IMG/VR virus record: IMGVR_UViG_3300030102_003317
Location: 1-25,907 of that record
Length of the DNA: 25,907 nucleotides
Origin: a virus
Lineage: Duplodnaviria; Caudoviricetes
Direction: 5' to 3' (one strand)
Shown: one piece after another, positions 23,307 to 25,907 of the stretch
How the letters are laid out: each line of letters begins with the position of its first letter
Numbering within the stretch: the first letter of the stretch is position 1
The notes under the pieces: model-generated
Databases searched by the model: none
Seen by the model: only the letters and a program-made list of their open reading frames with translations
What the model was told of the DNA's origin: nothing
Made by a program: the position numbers and the translations under genes

Positions 23307-24842
23307 ATGAACGCAGAAAAATTTGCGGCAATTTTCGATGGCCTGAAAAGTGCTTATGGAGTCTATCGTGTAGATCGTAAAAAAGCGAATGGTAAAAGCG
23401 TAGGTAAAGCTATGCTTATTCGTGAGGAACGAACCACGCGGCTTTGGGAAAAGCATTTAATTGGGGGTGGGGATGCGTTAGCAATCATTCCAATTAACGA
23501 AAACAATATGGTCAAGTGGGGTTGCTTAGACGTAGATGAGTACCCCCTTGATCATAAATTGCTCGTTGAAAAAATTCGTCGTTTAAAAATACCTATGATT
23601 GTGTGTCGCTCTAAATCGGGTGGTGCTCATTGTTATGTTTTTGTGTCCGAATGGATGCCTGCCGGAGAAATGCAAGAAATTTTGCGTCACATGTCTAGTG
23701 CTATGGGAACAGGTGATGCTGAAATTTTTCCTAAACAAACGCAACTTTTTTTAGACCGTGGTGACGTAGGAAATTTTTTAAATGTACCTTACGATGACCA
23801 TGAAAACGGGTTGCGTTATGCTATAAAAGATGATGGACAATCCGCAACTTTAGATGAATTTTTTGGGCTTTATGACAAGTATGTTCAAACTCCGGAACAA
23901 CTTCATTCATGGGTGGCTGTTGAAGAAGATACTATTGCAATTAAAGATGGTCCCCCTTGTCTTCAACACTTATGTAAACAAAAAATAAGTGAGGGAGGTA
24001 GAAACAACGGTCTTTTTAACCTTGGCGTTTATTTACGCAAAGCTCATCCGGATAGTTGGGAAACTGAAATACAAAATTATAATATCAATTATCTACAGCC
24101 ACCGTTACCTTTAAATGAAGTAATGGCCGTGGCTAAACAATTACAAAAATCCGATTACGCATATAAATGCAAAGACAAACCAATAGTTAATTACTGTAAC
24201 AATGATTTATGTAGAACTAGAAAATTTGGCATAGATGCCGCTGTGAGTGGCGCTACAGTGGCTAATTTAAGAAAATATGATAGTGACCCACCCGTGTGGT
24301 TTGTGGATGTAAATGGAGCACCTGTAGAGCTGGATACTGAAGGTTTAATGAACCAAACAAACTTTCAGCGGGCCTGTATAGATCAATTAAATCACATGCC
24401 TCGGTCTATGTCTAAGCAAGCGTGGGAGTCACGAATCAATACGCTTCTTTCTGATATGCAAAAAACAGAAGGGAGTGTTGTAGAAGTATCCGAAGATGCT
24501 AGCACTAGCGGCGCTTTTTATGAGTTATTAGAAGAGTGGTGTACGGATATGCAAAAAGCTAAAGATCGAGAAGAAATTTTATTAAAAAGACCGTGGACAG
24601 ATGAAGATGAAGGAATGATTTATTTTAGAATTAGAGATCTTGAATCGCATTTAAAAAGAAATCAGTTTAAAGAATATAAGCCCCATAAAATAGCTCAAAG
24701 ATTGCGCGACATAAGTGGTGAAGCTACCTCTATTTCAATAAAAAATAAAGCTGTGCGTGTCTGGGCAATACCTTCTTTTGAAAATATAGAAGTAGATTTA
24801 GAAACACCTGATTTTGGAGAAAATAATGAGGCTCCCTTTTAA
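23307..24842 (+). CDS. Archaeo-eukaryotic-type primase (AEP) with PriCT/PriL-like Cys-containing domain, no fused helicase
   Basis: Motif A WGCLDVD, motif B RSKSGGAH, GNFLNVPY; then GPPCLQHL...GGRNNGLF and YKC...YC...LC; no Walker A visible. Confidence 0.8.
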   Translation: MNAEKFAAIFDGLKSAYGVYRVDRKKANGKSVGKAMLIREERTTRLWEKHLIGGGDALAIIPINENNMVKWGCLDVDEYPLDHKLLVEKIRRLKIPMIVCRSKSGGAHCYVFVSEWMPAGEMQEILRHMSSAMGTGDAEIFPKQTQLFLDRGDVGNFLNVPYDDHENGLRYAIKDDGQSATLDEFFGLYDKYVQTPEQLHSWVAVEEDTIAIKDGPPCLQHLCKQKISEGGRNNGLFNLGVYLRKAHPDSWETEIQNYNINYLQPPLPLNEVMAVAKQLQKSDYAYKCKDKPIVNYCNNDLCRTRKFGIDAAVSGATVANLRKYDSDPPVWFVDVNGAPVELDTEGLMNQTNFQRACIDQLNHMPRSMSKQAWESRINTLLSDMQKTEGSVVEVSEDASTSGAFYELLEEWCTDMQKAKDREEILLKRPWTDEDEGMIYFRIRDLESHLKRNQFKEYKPHKIAQRLRDISGEATSISIKNKAVRVWAIPSFENIEVDLETPDFGENNEAPF

Positions 24843-24946
24843 TGGCAAAAATTATAATAGAGTTAGATACAACGGAAGATGAAGAAATAGTTAAGTTATT
24901 GCAAGATTTAATTACGTTATTAGAGCATGAAAAAGATAGTAAATAA
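24842..24946 (+). CDS. Small acidic peptide (34 aa)
   Basis: TAATG coupling to the primase stop, GAGG upstream; MAKIIIELDTTEDEEIVKLLQDLITLLEHEKDSK. Hand-translated. Confidence 0.55.
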   Translation: MAKIIIELDTTEDEEIVKLLQDLITLLEHEKDSK

Positions 24947-25046
24947 ACTAAAAACATATTTTATTTTGTGGATTATTTTTATAGTTTTTTTAACATTGTT
25001 AAACGGCTATTTGATAGGGCTTTTGATTTGGCATTTAATGAACTAA
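24927..25046 (+). CDS. Small membrane peptide (39 aa)
   Basis: MKKIVNKLKTYFILWIIFIVFLTLLNGYLIGLLIWHLMN: basic N-terminus then a long hydrophobic stretch; SD is weak. Hand-translated. Confidence 0.45.
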   Translation: MKKIVNKLKTYFILWIIFIVFLTLLNGYLIGLLIWHLMN

Positions 25047-25102
25047 AAGAGATACTTTTTTAAAAAGCAACCCTTTAGGGTAAAAGTATCAAAGGAAAAA
25101 AC

Positions 25103-25360
25103 ATGAAAACAGCAGACGGATTCGACGAAGCGATTGCTGGAATTGTCCGGCAATTTAACCAACCTACCAAAGTGGTATATGACTACGGTAAGTGCTTGAA
25201 AATACTTGAAAAACGCGACGGCATGACATCGGAAGAAGCGATAGAATATATGGAATTTAACGTGGTTGGCGCTTATGTGGGCGAAGATACCCCAGCTTGG
25301 CTGATATCCGGCGACAAAGAGTCGATAAAGTATTATGTGGAAGAAGAGGCTGGAGGATAA
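25103..25360 (+). CDS. Conserved small acidic phage protein of unknown function
   Basis: AAGGA SD; ADGFDEAI.G...VVYD...DGMT.EEA.EY.EFN..GAYVGE.TP pattern common in aquatic phages. Confidence 0.8.
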   Translation: MKTADGFDEAIAGIVRQFNQPTKVVYDYGKCLKILEKRDGMTSEEAIEYMEFNVVGAYVGEDTPAWLISGDKESIKYYVEEEAGG

Positions 25361-25374
25361 AAAGGAGTGGAGAA

Positions 25375-25842
25375 ATGGCAAAAAAATCGGTTCACTTTAG
25401 TAGTGAAAAAGATGATTGGGGTACTCCAACAGTTTTTTTTGATCAAATGGAGCGTCGTTTTCAAGGATTTGATAGGGATGTATGTGCCTCTGACCAAAAT
25501 GCAAAATGTAAAAATTATTGGACAAAAGAAGATGATGCTTTATCGAAAACATGGACTGGATACTGTTGGATGAACCCACCTTACGGTAGACAAATTGGAA
25601 AGTGGGTAAAGAAAGCCTACGAGTCGGCGGACAGCGGAGAGGCCACAGTAGTGTGTTTATTACCGTCACGAACGGATACTAAATGGTGGCACGATTATGT
25701 CATGCGGGCGGACACCGTGTGGTTTATCAAAGGACGTTTGAAGTTTGAGGGTGCACGAAACTCGGCACCTTTTCCTAGTGCAGTAGCCGTATTTGGAAAT
25801 TATCCGTGTTATCAGTGGGGTAAATTTAGTTACAATGTTTAG
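25375..25842 (+). CDS. Phage DNA N6-adenine methyltransferase (phage Dam-like family)
   Basis: DDWGTP, DVCAS, WMNPPYG (NPPY catalytic motif), LLPSRTDTKWWH, FIKGRLKF, SAPFPS. Start re-called to ATG 25375 with AGGAG/GGAG SD. Confidence 0.9.
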   Translation: MAKKSVHFSSEKDDWGTPTVFFDQMERRFQGFDRDVCASDQNAKCKNYWTKEDDALSKTWTGYCWMNPPYGRQIGKWVKKAYESADSGEATVVCLLPSRTDTKWWHDYVMRADTVWFIKGRLKFEGARNSAPFPSAVAVFGNYPCYQWGKFSYNV

Positions 25843-25907
25843 GATTTTCGGACCTCCGGGTTGCGGTAAAACAACAACTTTATTAAACATGGTAGATAAA
25901 TATCTTG
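25835..25907 (+). CDS. 5' end of a P-loop NTPase, probably a UvrD/Rep-like SF1 helicase (truncated by the window edge)
   Basis: MFRIFGPPGCGKTTTLLNMVDKYL with a Walker A at the extreme N-terminus; overlaps the MTase stop. Not in the ORF track. Confidence 0.75.
   Translation, partial: MFRIFGPPGCGKTTTLLNMVDKYL

Noticed and set aside
1-25907. tRNA, rRNA, integrase or IS elements
   Set aside because: None recognised; intergenic gaps are under 100 bp and almost all are too short or occupied by promoter/SD signals. A covariance-model scan was not run.

Overview
AT-rich segment of a tailed dsDNA bacteriophage (short-tailed, podovirus-like), standard code, very densely packed with many TAATG/ATGA overlaps. 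1-20183 (+) is the virion module: end of a basic repeat protein, two paralogous adaptor-like proteins, a Gly/Thr/Val repeat protein, two tandem tail fibres with a shared N-terminus but different tips and chaperones, an XhlA/holin-like peptide, a nozzle/stabilisation-like protein, six probable ejection (internal virion) proteins and a membrane protein pair. 20180-21814 (-) holds an SNF2-type helicase and a small ORF. 21911-end (+) is a divergent replication operon: unknown protein, probable SSB, AEP primase, a small accessory cassette with an N6-adenine methyltransferase, and the start of a UvrD-like helicase. The gene set resembles marine uvMED/Tara and HTVC023P-like podoviruses as I recall them; this is inference, no search was run. 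The most interesting signals are short peptide motifs shared between otherwise unrelated virion proteins: (i) an [FM]xxGGx[VI] tag together with two lambda gpH C-terminus-like 'GE[FT]V' modules in the ejection proteins, and (ii) an identical C-terminal VGTVTVTTT strand on two small proteins that matches the repeat unit of the Gly/Thr/Val repeat protein. All product calls come from motifs recognised by eye and from gene order.
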